From positions 3,720,001 to 3,784,000 of the forward strand of contig JASTWF010000034.1 in assembly GCA_030390025.1 (NCBI GenBank): a stretch of 64,000 nt of DNA. The letters run 5' to 3'. The translations under genes were made by a program, and so were the position numbers. This DNA is from Squalus acanthias (taxonomy: Eukaryota). Shown in pieces: positions 38,430 to 50,094 of the stretch; within the stretch, counting starts at the first letter, position 1, and every line of letters begins with the position of its first letter. The notes under the pieces were generated by a model. It was not told the origin of the DNA. It ran no database searches and saw only the letters and a program-made list of their open reading frames with translations.

Positions 38430-41400
38430 AGCTGTCAGACCTTTAGCAGTGTGTTTAACCTTACCTTTTAAATTGAACTGGATGGCCACGGGAAGCTCGC
38501 TGTTCGGGAACCACGTGTGTCAACCTGAGGCGGGAGTTCAGTGGCCATTGCTCCAGCTGATTACTTGTCAGCATCAAATGTAGTATAAAAACTCCCACCT
38601 GTCAGATGATCACTTTCCTCAGCAGAAGCTGTTTCTCACTGCATTCCCAGCACAGATTCTGCAGGCTGCAGTCATTCCAGCAAAGTCTCCATCCAGTGTC
38701 ACCTCATTGGGAGAACCTCTCTCACTATTGACAGATTGCTTCTGTCATCTCTACTTCACCTGCCATCTATTCCATCAGCATGGGTGCCGCTTATACTGTC
38801 TCACCTTGGTCCTCAGAATCTGATCACGATGAGCCCCAACACCAGCAGCCCCAGGCACACCATCAGCACCAACAACACCAACATTCTCCGCAATCACTTG
38901 ATGCTGCAGAGGACAGAGCGCATCAGCACCCGAGCACATTGCTGTCCGGCAGGCTAGGGCTGTGCTCACCATGGCCAGATTTACTTCACTTGATGCTGTA
39001 CACCCTTACAGCTGCCACATGATGCTCCAGGATGGCACTACCCCACAGCAACACCGAAAAGCATCCCTGCAATGACCAAGCCATTCCTTTCACACTCACC
39101 ACCATTGCTGGAGGTACCGTTATGTCTCACCATTCACTGCAACTCATGAACCCACTAGCAAAGGTGCACACACATCTGTCCAAGACCGGAAAGTGTTGAA
39201 AATATGGATTTTGATGTTTGACAGCACATTAATGGAAACTTTACATAAACATTCGATAAAACACCCAAGTGGCTACCCTTGTGAATCATACGTGTGTAGA
39301 AAAGACTGATACTTGGATGTTTTTAGCAATAACATGTTTTAGTGTGAGTGTAGAATAGTGAACTTCACATTAACCAAATATCTATATTCAGTGTGACCTG
39401 TAATGACTTGTGCATAAATTGCTGAGGCTTGCTCAAAATGTAACTGCAAAGACAGCCAGCACTAGTCAAGACTAGCTCTGATAACGGACAGTATCGCAGC
39501 TTACGCAGCTTATGAGTTCTTGTAATGCCTGTACCAGGGAAGCTAGAAATGTGAGAGATAAGGTCAATTCCAATGGGGTGAAGAACTATAAACAAGATAA
39601 CGATGAACAGGGTAAAGTTGTAGGAAAAATACTGGAAAGGTGAGGCCAGGATGCTAAACTTAGTCTGAGTGACAATGGTGTTTTGATCATTAGAACCAAT
39701 TAAAATAGGTGATTTTGTTAAAGACCATATATGGACAATGCCCAAACGAACTTTTGATAAGAAATGGGTTAAAACCTGAAAACTCGAAAAACAACTTTAC
39801 ACAGACCTACTGCAAGAACAAAGGAACAGACTGAAGACGACGTCACTTGTGTCCGAGAGGTTCCAGAGACCAAGGGCTGCGAGCTACTCGTTAAACTATC
39901 GCCTGCTGTTCAGTCTATTACGCTGTAAGCTTAATAAATCTTGATCTATTGATCAAACATACTGGCTGCTGCCTATTGGTGTCTTGTCCAAGAACTCTGA
40001 GAGATCATAAAGCTCTTAAACTTCTGTGTCATCTTTCTCTTCTGCATGCATCTACGAGGAGATAGCCCTGTGGCTTCAGCAGAGGTAAAGGCAGCCTGCT
40101 CTCTTCCCTGCTGCCAAGGAGGTGTAGAGCACCTTGTTGCACAGCAGTGAGGCCATGAGGACCCACGTCTATGCTGACATCCCTGTTAGAGAGGAGATCT
40201 ATGAGCCTCTGCCATCTATTCTCTATAAATAGCCATCTATCCTCCATAAAGACCATGTGCTCCTCTGAGTGGCGCATTAGCTGCTCCATGTAGCTGCCTA
40301 TCCTATCCATCGCCTGTCACAAGGTGGTGCTCATGTTGGAGATGGATTCCTCCATTCTCTGAACATTTGCAGACATCGCGCTCGCAATACCTGTCAGAGA
40401 CCCCTGCACTTCTTGCTGCTCCTCCAGGATCGCCCTCTTTCTGGATGGACCCGAGGCTCACCGTCTGCATGCAACTGAGCGGAGCTGGGAGCCTCCTGCA
40501 CCCTCTGGCAAGGAGTCTCCACTGCTCTGCCTCTCTCCACCATCTGCTCTTGCACACTTGTGAGTTGGGAGACACCAGTTGACAACACTACTCTATCGAT
40601 GTCTTGTAATGTTGCAACCTCAGCGGCTGAAGGCTCCTCTGAGGAGTCATCTTCCTCTTCCTCCTGGACATTGGAGGGGGGAACTCTTGATGGACCTGTG
40701 GGAGAGTGAAGATATGAGTTAGATATGTCATATGAAGAATGAGTACAGGTACCATTATGCACATGATGACCATTCAGTGAGATCAGTGCCCATTTGAGTG
40801 ATGGATGTATGCCATGTTGCTGTATGATATGTAATTCTGTCACCAGGTTGCTGAGAAGTCCCCCTCGCTCCATCTCCCACCTCCAGCTGCTCAGCGACTC
40901 CAGATATTTCTAAAGCAGCCTCCTCTGCTATTGTAAGGTTTGCAAATGATTGGGTGCCACCGCCGGTTCACCCCTTCTCCCTGTTATTGTGGGCTCTCTT
41001 TTCCTGCAAGGAGGGAAAAAAGAGAAGTTTGAGTGAGACTGATGGAATGAATGTAAGGAATGGATGTGGTAGATATTTAGAGGGTGACTATGATGGAGTG
41101 GGGTGCCAAATACAAGTGGCTCCTTGTGTGTTGTTAGTTGGTATGATTGCACAAGGGTGAGTGTGAGTGTGAGGGGTGGCTATTGAGATGGGGATGTGAT
41201 AATGTAAATAGAAAGAGAGGGACGGGTGGACGTGCAAGGTATGTTGGTGTGAGTAAGAATGTGCAGGGGTAGGGTTGGGAAGGCAGAGTGATAGGTGTAT
41301 GATGAGAGGCATAGCAAGATGAAGGTGAGTGTGGCTTTGTACTCACGTTTCCTGATCTAATGAAATCATTGAAACGTTTGCGGCACTGCACCAAGGTCTT

Positions 41401-41861
41401 GCTGACAACATCCCTGCTGGTGACCCCTCTGCAATCTCCAACCAGGCTGTTTTAGTGTCCTGGGGAGGTCACATCCGTCCATTGGAAGAGAAGAGGACCA
41501 CCCTGAATGCTTTGACTCCCTTCATAAGCATATGGAGCGAGCCATCAGACAACCTGGGTGCAGCCCTCTGCCTCTGTGCATCATTGTCAGTGTTTGCAGC
41601 ACTCCAGTGCTGTAGTGCACTGACAGCAGTATGTTACATTGACATTCAAGTCCAATGTGGCCATGGCCCCTTAAAGATCCCGGCTGAAAACGCTTAATCA
41701 ACGATGTCAACAGTCCAGACCCGCATCATTTAATTGGACCGGGTAACACGCTGGGTGGGCTCAATAGGTCCGACTAACGTAAAGTCATTTTCAGCAGCGG
41801 GCTGACGACCCGCCATTGCCACCGCCCGCACCGGACCTGCCAGGTAGGCACAATTCCAGCC
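38430..41861 (-). mobile_element. Mirror copy of the Harbinger-like remnant, extending further toward the spacer than the left copy
   Basis: Reverse complement of 32,636-35,797 with the same TGA in the Myb exon. Solo-LTR-like insert at ~39,194-40,020. The left boundary is uncertain. Confidence 0.65.
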
Positions 41862-42054
41862 GTGTTTTTACGGCCTTGAGAAGTCCATAATCCATATGTA
41901 TTTTCAGTGTGAGAGGTTGCAGCCTCTGTATCATTACCTGAAGTGGCCGGTGGGCACCGCAGCTCAGTGAGGTGATAATCGATCCTCACTGTCACATTGT
42001 GATTTAATTATTATTTGTGTGTGTGGCTGTATTGTACATACTTATTACAGGAAT

Positions 42055-42154
42055 AACAACAGAACATGTTGGAAACACTCAGCAGCTCAGGCAGCATCGA
42101 GGAGAGAGAAACAGAGTCAACGTTTCGGGTCCAGGGCCCTTCGTCAGAACTGTT
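42055..42154 (-). ncRNA. Mirror copy of the Penelope family B terminal repeat / hammerhead motif
   Basis: Reverse complement of 32,343-32,445; the hammerhead core is identical. Confidence 0.7.
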
Positions 42155-42233
42155 ACTGGATATTTGTGGTGTGCTGGGACACTTGCCTTATTGGTTTATG
42201 TCCACGTCTAGTGAAAATGGGGCAAGTTAATGT

Positions 42234-42994
42234 CACCCACTACATGTTCTTCGCAGCCTTCAACATGTCATCGATGGCGACAAACACCTTGCTAAGGCCA
42301 TCCCCACGCCTCCACTACTCGCCTTCAAGCAGCCGCCTAACCTCAAAAGTACCATCGTTCGCAGCAGATTACCCATCTTTCAGGAGAACAGCAACCAAGA
42401 CACCACACAACCCTGCCACGGCAACCTCTGCAAGACATGCCAAATCATGGACACAGATACCATCATTACACGTGAGGACACTACCCACCAGGTACACGGT
42501 ACATACTCATGTGACTCGGCCAACGTTGTCTACCTGATACGTTGCAGTAAAGGATGCTCCAGAGCATGGTACATCAGCGAGACCATGCAGACACTGAGAC
42601 AACGTATGAACGGACACCGTGCAACAATCGCCAGGCAGGAGGGTTGCCTCCCAGTCGGGGAACACTTCAGCAGCCAGGGGCGTTCAGCCTCGGATCTGCG
42701 GGTAAGCGTTCTCCAAGGCGGCCTTCGAGATACACGACAGCGCAAAATCATAGAGCAGAAACTGATAGCCAAGTATCGCACTCATGAGGATGGCCTCAAT
42801 CGCGATATCGGGTTCATGGCACGATACAGAACGTGACTTGACATCATGGCCGGTCTTCCCAGGTGTTTTTTTTTTTAAAAGACTAACACAAGAACACAAA
42901 TTGACAGGATATGCAGCCAGCAGGTGGTTTGACACGTTGGACCCCCTGGGACACATCTCATTGTCTTGGCTGTGCTCTTTGTTGTAGGGAATAA
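42234..42994 (+). mobile_element. Penelope family A 3' fragment (GIY-YIG), right arm only
   Basis: ORF 42447-42836 (VVYLIRC...WYISET...RMNGH...HEDGLNRD), highly similar to 8050-8650. Confidence 0.9.
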
Positions 42995-43071
42995 TGAAGG
43001 AAGGCGGGACTTGTCTTGGACAGAGCGGGATCAGGGCGCATGCGCCGCCCACTCCCAGAGCAGGTGCAGCA

Positions 43072-43590
43072 GATTATGCGATGTGAGCGTCGCTGGCAAG
43101 GCCAGAATTTATTGCCCATCCCTAATTGCCCTTAAGAAGGTGGTGGTGAGCTGCCTTCTTAAACCGCTGCAGTCCATGTGGTGATGGTACTCCCACATTG
43201 CTGTTAGATAGGGAGTTCCTGGATTTTGACCCAGCGATGATGAAGGATCAGTGATATACTTCTAAGTCAGGATGGTGTGTGACTTGGAGGGGAACCTGGA
43301 GGTGATGGTGTTCCCATGAGGCTTCTGCCCTTGTTCTTCTATGTAGAAGAGTTCGCGGGTTTGGGAGGTGCTACCGATCACGACCTGGCGAGTTGCTGCT
43401 GCGCATCTTGTAGATGGTACACACTGCAGCCACGGTGCGCCGGTGGTGGAGGGAGTGAATGTTTCATGTGGTGGATGGGGTGTCAATCAAGCGGGCTGAT
43501 TTGTCCTGGATGGTGTCGAGCTTCTTGAGTGTTGTTGGAGCTGTACTCATCCAGGCAAGTGGAGAGTATTCCATCACACTCCTCGCACAC
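43072..43590 (-). mobile_element. Mirror LINE 3' fragment
   Basis: Reverse complement of 31,100-31,630. Confidence 0.85.
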
Positions 43591-43810
43591 AGGGGCTGCA
43601 GAACTGGAGAGCAGAGGGAGTGAGAGAGTGGGAGAGGGCAAAAATATGGTGCAATGCGTAAGGATTTCAGCACAGGGAGAGTGTGTGGGACAGGAATTTA
43701 CAGCTTTTGGGGTAAACAAGAGAGGAAAGATTGTTCCATAGAAAGTAGAATTGTCTGTTCTGAATTTATGTCCTGTACTTAGTGATGACTTTTGTAATCT
43801 CCTTTTTCAG

Positions 43811-44470
43811 GGTATTAGAAGGGGAGGATTTGCAGACAAGAAACTCAAAACAAACATCACGCCAAGATCTGAGAGTCCCTCGATTCATCAGGACCTGAAT
43901 TTCATCGGCCTTTGAATACGGAAGGAGAAATCTTTCTCTGTGCTTGTGTTTGGGAAAGGATTTTACACATCATGCGACTGGGAAAGCACTGAGACCCATT
44001 CACACTTGAGCGAGAGTGTTCCAGTGCACTGACTGTGGAGAGAGCTGTAACCAGCTACACAGCCTGAAAAAACTTTGCACCATTCACAGCGGGGAGAAAC
44101 CGTACACGTGTTCTGTGTGTGGACGAGGCTTCAACCGATCGTCCAACCTGGAGAGACAGATGGACCATGGAGAAACAGTGGGGACTGTGAGAAGGGATTC
44201 AATTATCCGTCTGAGTTGCAAATTCATCATCGCAGACACACAGGGGAGAGACTGTGTACCCGCTCCGTATGTGGGAAGGGATTCAGTCGGTCATCCATCC
44301 TGCTGAAACACCAGCGAGTTCACACTGACGAGAGACCGTTCAGTTGCTTTCCCTGTGGGAAGAGATTCACTTATCCCACCTCATTGAACACCAGCATGTT
44401 CAGACTGGAGAGATTCCGTTCACCTGCTCCATGTGTGCGAGGGGATTCACAAGGTCATGCAGTCTGGTGA
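43811..44470 (+). pseudogene. C2H2 zinc-finger terminal exon, frameshifted (mirror copy)
   Basis: ctcctttttcag acceptor ending at 43,810. [19 protein letters not shown] and HTDERPFSC motifs in different frames. Confidence 0.85.
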
Positions 44471-44856
44471 AACGCAAGCGAATACACTCTGAAAGCTGAC
44501 ATTTTAAATGTTCTTGTAAGTATTGGTATGTATAGATTATTAAATATAATACACTGGTTGACATACGGAATTATATCAATATTAAGCTAGAATAACCAGG
44601 GATTACGTTAGGTTAGAATGCACTCCAGAATGACGCACATCTGCTGCCGAGCGTGGGAGAGTGTGAAGATTGAATTTAATGCCAGCAGGGTATCTGGAGG
44701 ACTGCGGGGTAGTGTGGCCAGTGAATCAGTCACTTCTGTAATGGATATTGGAAGCTGTGAGGGTTTGAAGGTTACAGAAGCAGGTAATTAACACTCCTGT
44801 GTGGAAGAGTAAAGAACAAACTAAGAGAGATCAATGGGCAAGAACAAGGAATGATA

Positions 44857-45462
44857 ACAGCTCACCTCCCCACTAAACCAACAGCTCACCTCCCCACTTA
44901 ACCAGCAGCTCACCTCCCCACTAAACCAGCAGCTCACCTCCCCACAAAACCAGCAGCTCACCTCCCCACTAAACCAGCAGCTCACCTCCCCACAAAACCA
45001 GCAGCTCACTGGCCCACAAAACCAGCAGCTCACCTCCCCACTAAACCAGCAGCTCACTGGCCCACTAAACCAGCAGCTCACCTCCCCACTAAACCAGCAG
45101 CTCACCTCCCCACTAAACCAGCAGCTCACCTCCCCACTAAACCAGCAGCTCACCTCCCCAGTGAACCAGCAGCTCACCTCCCCACTAAACCAGCAGCTCA
45201 TCTCCCCACTAAACCAGCAGCTCACCTCCCCACTAAACCAGCAGCTCACCTCCCCACTAAACCAGCAGCTCACCTCCCCACTTAACCAGCAGCTCACTGG
45301 CCCACTAAACCAGCAGCTCACCACCCCACTAAACCAGCAGCTCACTGGCCCACTAAACCAGCAGCTCACCGCCCCACTAAACCAGCAGCTCACTGGCCCA
45401 CTAAACCAGCAGCTCACTGGCCCACTAAACCAGCAGCTCACTGGCCCACTAAAATAGCAGCT
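44857..45462 (-). repeat. 24-bp minisatellite, ~25 units
   Basis: (cagctcacctccccactaaaccag)n. Confidence 0.95.
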
Positions 45463-45479
45463 CGCCTTCCCACTGAATC

Positions 45480-47225
45480 ATAGTGTTACTGTGAGGCCTG
45501 TGGGGTATATATCTGTGTTACAGTGAGAGGTATGGGGTATTTCCGTGTGTTATAGAGAGGTGTGTGAGGTATATCAGTGTTAAATTGAGGGGTGTCAGGT
45601 ATATCAGTGTTACAGTGAGGGGTGTGGTGTATATCAGTGTCACAGTGAGGGCTTTTGGCTATATCAGTGTTACAGTGAGGGGTGTGGTGTATATCAGTGT
45701 CACAGTGAGGGCTTTTGGCTATATCAGTGTTACAGTGAGGGGTGCGGGGTATATCAGTGTTACAGTGATGGGTGTGGGGTATATCAGTGTTACAGTGAGG
45801 GGTGTGCGGTATATCAATGTTAAACTGAGGGGTGTGGTGTATACCAGTGTTACAGTGAGGGCTTTTGTCTATATCAGTGTTACAGTGAGGGGTGTGGGGT
45901 ATATCAGAGTTACAGTGAGGGGTGTGGGGTATATCAGTGTTACAGTGAGGGGTGTGGGGTATATCAGTGTTACAGTGAGGGGTGTGGGGTATATCAGTGT
46001 TACAGTGAGGGGTGTGGGGTATATCAGTGTTACAGTGAGGGGTGTGGGGTATATCAGTGTTACAGTGAGGGGTGTGGGGTATATCAGTGATACAGTGAGG
46101 GGTGTGGGGTATATCAGTGTTACAGTGAGGGGTGTGGGGTATATCAGTGTTACAGTGAGGGGTGTGGGGTATATCAGTGTTACAGTGAGGGGTGTGGGGT
46201 ATATCAGTGTTACAGTGAGGGGTGTGGGGTATATCAGTGTTACAGTGAGGGGTGTGGGGTATATCAGTGTTACAGTGAGGGGTGTGGGGTATATCAGTGT
46301 TACAGTGAGGGGTGTGGGGTATATCAGTGTGTTACAGTGAGGGGTGTGGGGTATATCAGTGTTACAGTGAGGGGTGTGGGTATATCAGTGTTACAGTGAG
46401 GGGTGTGGGGTATATCAGTGTTACAGTGAGGGGTGTGGAGTATATCAGTGTTACAGTGAGGGGTGTGGGGTATATCAGTGTTACAGTGAGGGGTGTGGGG
46501 TATATCAGTGTTACAGTGAGGGGTGTGGGGTATATCAGTGTTACAGTGAGGGGTGTGGGGTATATCAGTGTTACAGTGAGGGGTGTGGGGTATATCAGTG
46601 TTACAGTGAGGGGTGTGGGGTATATCAGTGTTACAGTGAGGGGTGTGGGGTATATCAGTGTTACAGTGAGGGGTGTGGGGTATATCAGTGTTACAGTGAG
46701 GGGTGTGGGGTATATCAGTGTTACAGTGAGGGGTGTGGGGTATATCAGTGTTACAGTGAGGGGTGTGGGGTATATCAGTGTTACAGTGAGGGGTGTGGGG
46801 TATATCAGTGTTACAGTGAGGGGTGTGGGGTATATCAGTGTTACAGTGAGGGGTGTGGGGTATATCAGTGTTACAGTGAGGGGTGTGGGGTATATCAGTG
46901 TTACAGTGAGGGGTGTGGGGTATATCAGTGTTACAGTGAGGGGTGTGGGGTATATCAGTGTTACAGTGAGGGGTGTGGGGTATATCAGTGTTACAGTGAG
47001 GGGTGTGGGGTATATCAGTGTTACAGTGAGGGGTGTGGGGTATATCAGTGTTACAGTGAGGGGTGTGGGGTATATCAGTGTTACAGTGAGGGGTGTGGGG
47101 TATATCAGTGTTACAGTGAGGGGTGTGGGGTATATCAGTGTTACAGTGAGGGGTGTGGGTATATCAGTGTTACAGTGAGGGGTGTGGGGTATATCAGTGT
47201 TACAGTGAGGGGTGTGGAGTATATC
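45480..47225 (+). repeat. 30-bp minisatellite array (~1.75 kb)
   Basis: Near-perfect tandem core ~45,900-47,200. Confidence 0.97.
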
Positions 47226-47349
47226 AAAAGGGGATTGGATAAGTGGGACTTGCTGAAGTGCTCTTGCAGAGAGCCGGCACGGGCTCGATGGGCCGTAAGG
47301 CCTCCTTCTGTGCTGTATCCATTCTATGATTCTATAGAGCCAGAGATGT

Positions 47350-48425
47350 ACAACAACAAACTTGTATTTAAATAGCGCCTTTAACGTAGTAAAACGTCCC
47401 AAGGCGCTTCACAGGAGTATTTTAAGACAAACAATTTTGACATTGAGCCACATCAGGATAAATCGGACAGGTGACCAAAAGCTTGGTCAAAGTGGAAGGT
47501 TTTAATGAGCGTCTTCAAGGAGGAAAGAGAGGTAGTGAGGCGGAGAGGTTTAGGCTGGGAATTCCGGAGCTTAGTGCCGAGGCAACAGAAGGCACGGCCT
47601 ACAATGGTTGAGCGATTATAATCAGGGATGCTCAAGAGGGCAGAATTAGAGGAGCGCAGATATCTCGGGGGGTTGTGGGGCTGAAGGAGATTAGAGATAG
47701 GAAGGGGCGAGGCCGTGGAGGGATTTGAAAACAAGGATGAGAATTTTGAAATCGAGGTGCTGCTTAACCGGGAGCCAGTGTAGGTCAGCGAGCACGGGAG
47801 ATGGGTGAACGGGACTTGGTGCGAGTTGGGACATGGGCAGCCGAGTTTTGGATGACCTCAAGTTTACGTAGGGTGGAATGTGGGAGGCCAGCCAGGAGTG
47901 CGTTGGAATAGTCAAGTCTAGAAGTAACAAAGGCATGGATGAGGGTTTCAGCAGCGGATGAGATGAGGCAAGGGTGGTTACGGGCGATGTTACGGAGGTG
48001 GAAGTAGGCGGCCTTTGTTATGCTGCGGATATGTGGTCGGAGGCTCACTTCAGGGTCAAATATGACACCAATGTTGCGAACAGTGTGGTTCAGCCGCAGA
48101 CAGATGTTAGGGAGAGGGATTGTGTCTGTGGCGAGGGAACGGTGTTGGTGGCAGGGACCGAAAACAATGGCTTCGGTCTTCCCAATATTTACTTGGAGAA
48201 ACTTTTGCTCATGTCGGTCAAGCAGTCTGACAATTTAGACACCGTGGAGGGGTCGAGAGAAGAGGTAGTGAGGTAGAGCTGGGTGTCGTCAGCGTACATG
48301 TGGAAACTGACTGTGTTTCTGGATGATGTCACCAAGGGGCAACATGTAGATGAGAAATAGGAGGGGGCCAAGGAGAGATCCTTGGGGGACACCAGAGGTA
48401 ACGATGCGGGAGCAGGAAGAGAGGC
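47350..48425 (-). mobile_element. L2 LINE 3' fragment (mirror copy)
   Basis: YADDTQLY and VTSRLDYSNALL motifs on the minus strand. Confidence 0.9.
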
Positions 48426-48812
48426 TGACTGATATTCTGATCCTTTCCGCACAGTATGATCCCAGCCCCAGACGTATCCCTCACTGTGGAGAGAGAGAGA
48501 GAGAGACAGTGAGGGAGCAGATACGTAGAGAAGGAAAGAAATACTGGGGTAGAGTTTGACGTTTAGTAGGTGCTATAGTACAAACTGGGTAATTGTGAAT
48601 CAGCCACCCATTTTACACCGATGGAAATAAAACTCGGGAGAGATGTAGGGCAGGATCCCGGTTCATTCCCGGAGACGGGGCTGATTGTACACCCTGTGTT
48701 CATGCCCAGTGAGACTGCACACCAGGAGCAGAGCCTGGTCAATGTGACCCTGTGACACCTCGAGTGGGAGGGGCTCCGGCCGCTTTGTGACATCGTTCCT
48801 GGCTGCTGTGTG

Positions 48813-49248
48813 ATGTCACCTGGAGACAGGGCCCTGCCCCTGGTTACGGCCCATCAGTGGGATGTCAGTGTGGGAGGAGCTGGAGTGACAGCTGACACTG
48901 GGGGTGAGTTTAGTCCCAATAAACAGGGCAATGGACAGAAAAGAACTATTCAATATTAAAGTAAGTAATTCAAACACACTGATTAATTGCAAAAATAATC
49001 AAATTGAATATAATTATGGTCAGAAAAATGCTCCCCCTGTATTCTGGGATTAATATGAATCATTTTTCTATTGACAGTCTCTGGGAGTGAGCAATATCTC
49101 AGGAAGGTGGAGAGAGAGAAGTCGAATCATCGCCTCACTGACTGGGACTGGAGAAATGTCGCTGGGTTCACAGAGCAGATCTGGTGGGATCGAGACCCCC
49201 AGTGTCGGAGACGGGATAAAACGGGAAGCTTCAACAATGATTGGAAAG
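48813..49248 (+). other. Two-exon cassette, copy 3 (exon A 48,813-48,903; exon B 49,078-49,248, 171 nt)
   Basis: GG|GTGAGT donor, tttttctattgacag acceptor, AAAG|GTGAGG donor. Confidence 0.55.
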
Positions 49249-49599
49249 GTGAGGAACTTTACTGAGAATCCCATCAGTCCAGGATATTGCTGAGGTGAGA
49301 GTCTAACCAGATACTGGGAGCTGTTCAACATCTGCCATCAGGCTCGGCCTTTGATGTGGCAAGTTGAGCGGAGCTTAACTCGGAGATAAACCTTGCCCGT
49401 ACCTCACCCGGGAGTGTTTGACACTTGCATGTAGTGAGATCTTTATTCTGTATTCATCCCATGCTGTACCCGAGCTGGTTGTGCTTCATTGGGTAGTGTC
49501 AAGGGAGCTGTACGCTGCACATGCTGTATTAGAGGGAGCTTTGCATGTCACCCGCGCTGTACCTGCTCTGCGAGTGTTTGAGTGGACAGTGCAGAGGAA

Positions 49600-49990
49600 G
49601 GTTTAGTCTGTATCTCTCTATCCAACCCGTGCTGTTCGTGCCCTTGGACTGTTTGATTGGGCAGTGTAAAGGGAGCTTTACTCTGTATCTCTCTATCTAA
49701 CCCGTGCTGTACCTGCCCTTGGACTGTTTGATTGGACAGTGTAAAGGGAGCTTTACTCTGTATCTCTCTATCTAACCCGTGCTGTACCTGCCCTTGGACT
49801 GTTTGATTGGGCAGTGTAAAGGGAGCTTTACTCTGTATCTCTCTATCTAACCCGTGCTATACCTGCCCTTGGACTGTTTGAATGGGCAGTGTAAAGGGAA
49901 CTTTACTCTGTATCTCTCTATCTCACCCGTGCTATACCTGCCCTTGGACTGTTTGATTGGGCAGTGTAAAGGGAGCTTTACTCTGTGTAT
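49600..49990 (+). repeat. 75-bp satellite variant (mirror copy)
   Basis: Units contain ctctgtatctctctatctaacc. Confidence 0.85.
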
Positions 49991-50094
49991 AACTCATGCT
50001 ACATGCAGGAAGATTGTGACAAATGGAATTCAATCCGGAGAAGTGTGAGGTAATGCATTTGGGGAGGGCTAACAAGTCAACGGATCCTACACTG

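Noticed and set aside
43811..44470. Functional zinc-finger gene
   Set aside because: Fingers are split across frames with lost Cys/His ligands in both arms.
45480..47225. tacagtg/cacagtg in the 30-mer as V(D)J recombination signal heptamers
   Set aside because: Usually lacks the essential CAC, has no nonamer at 12/23 spacing, and no V/D/J segments are present.
49140..49165. WDWRNV resembling the mature N-terminus of papain-family proteases such as cathepsin C
   Set aside because: No following QxxCGSC catalytic motif; a six-residue chance match.
49078..49248. 171-nt exon as an NLR / ribonuclease-inhibitor-type LRR exon
   Set aside because: Length fits, but no frame shows LxxLxLxxN/C periodicity and the expected phase contains stops.
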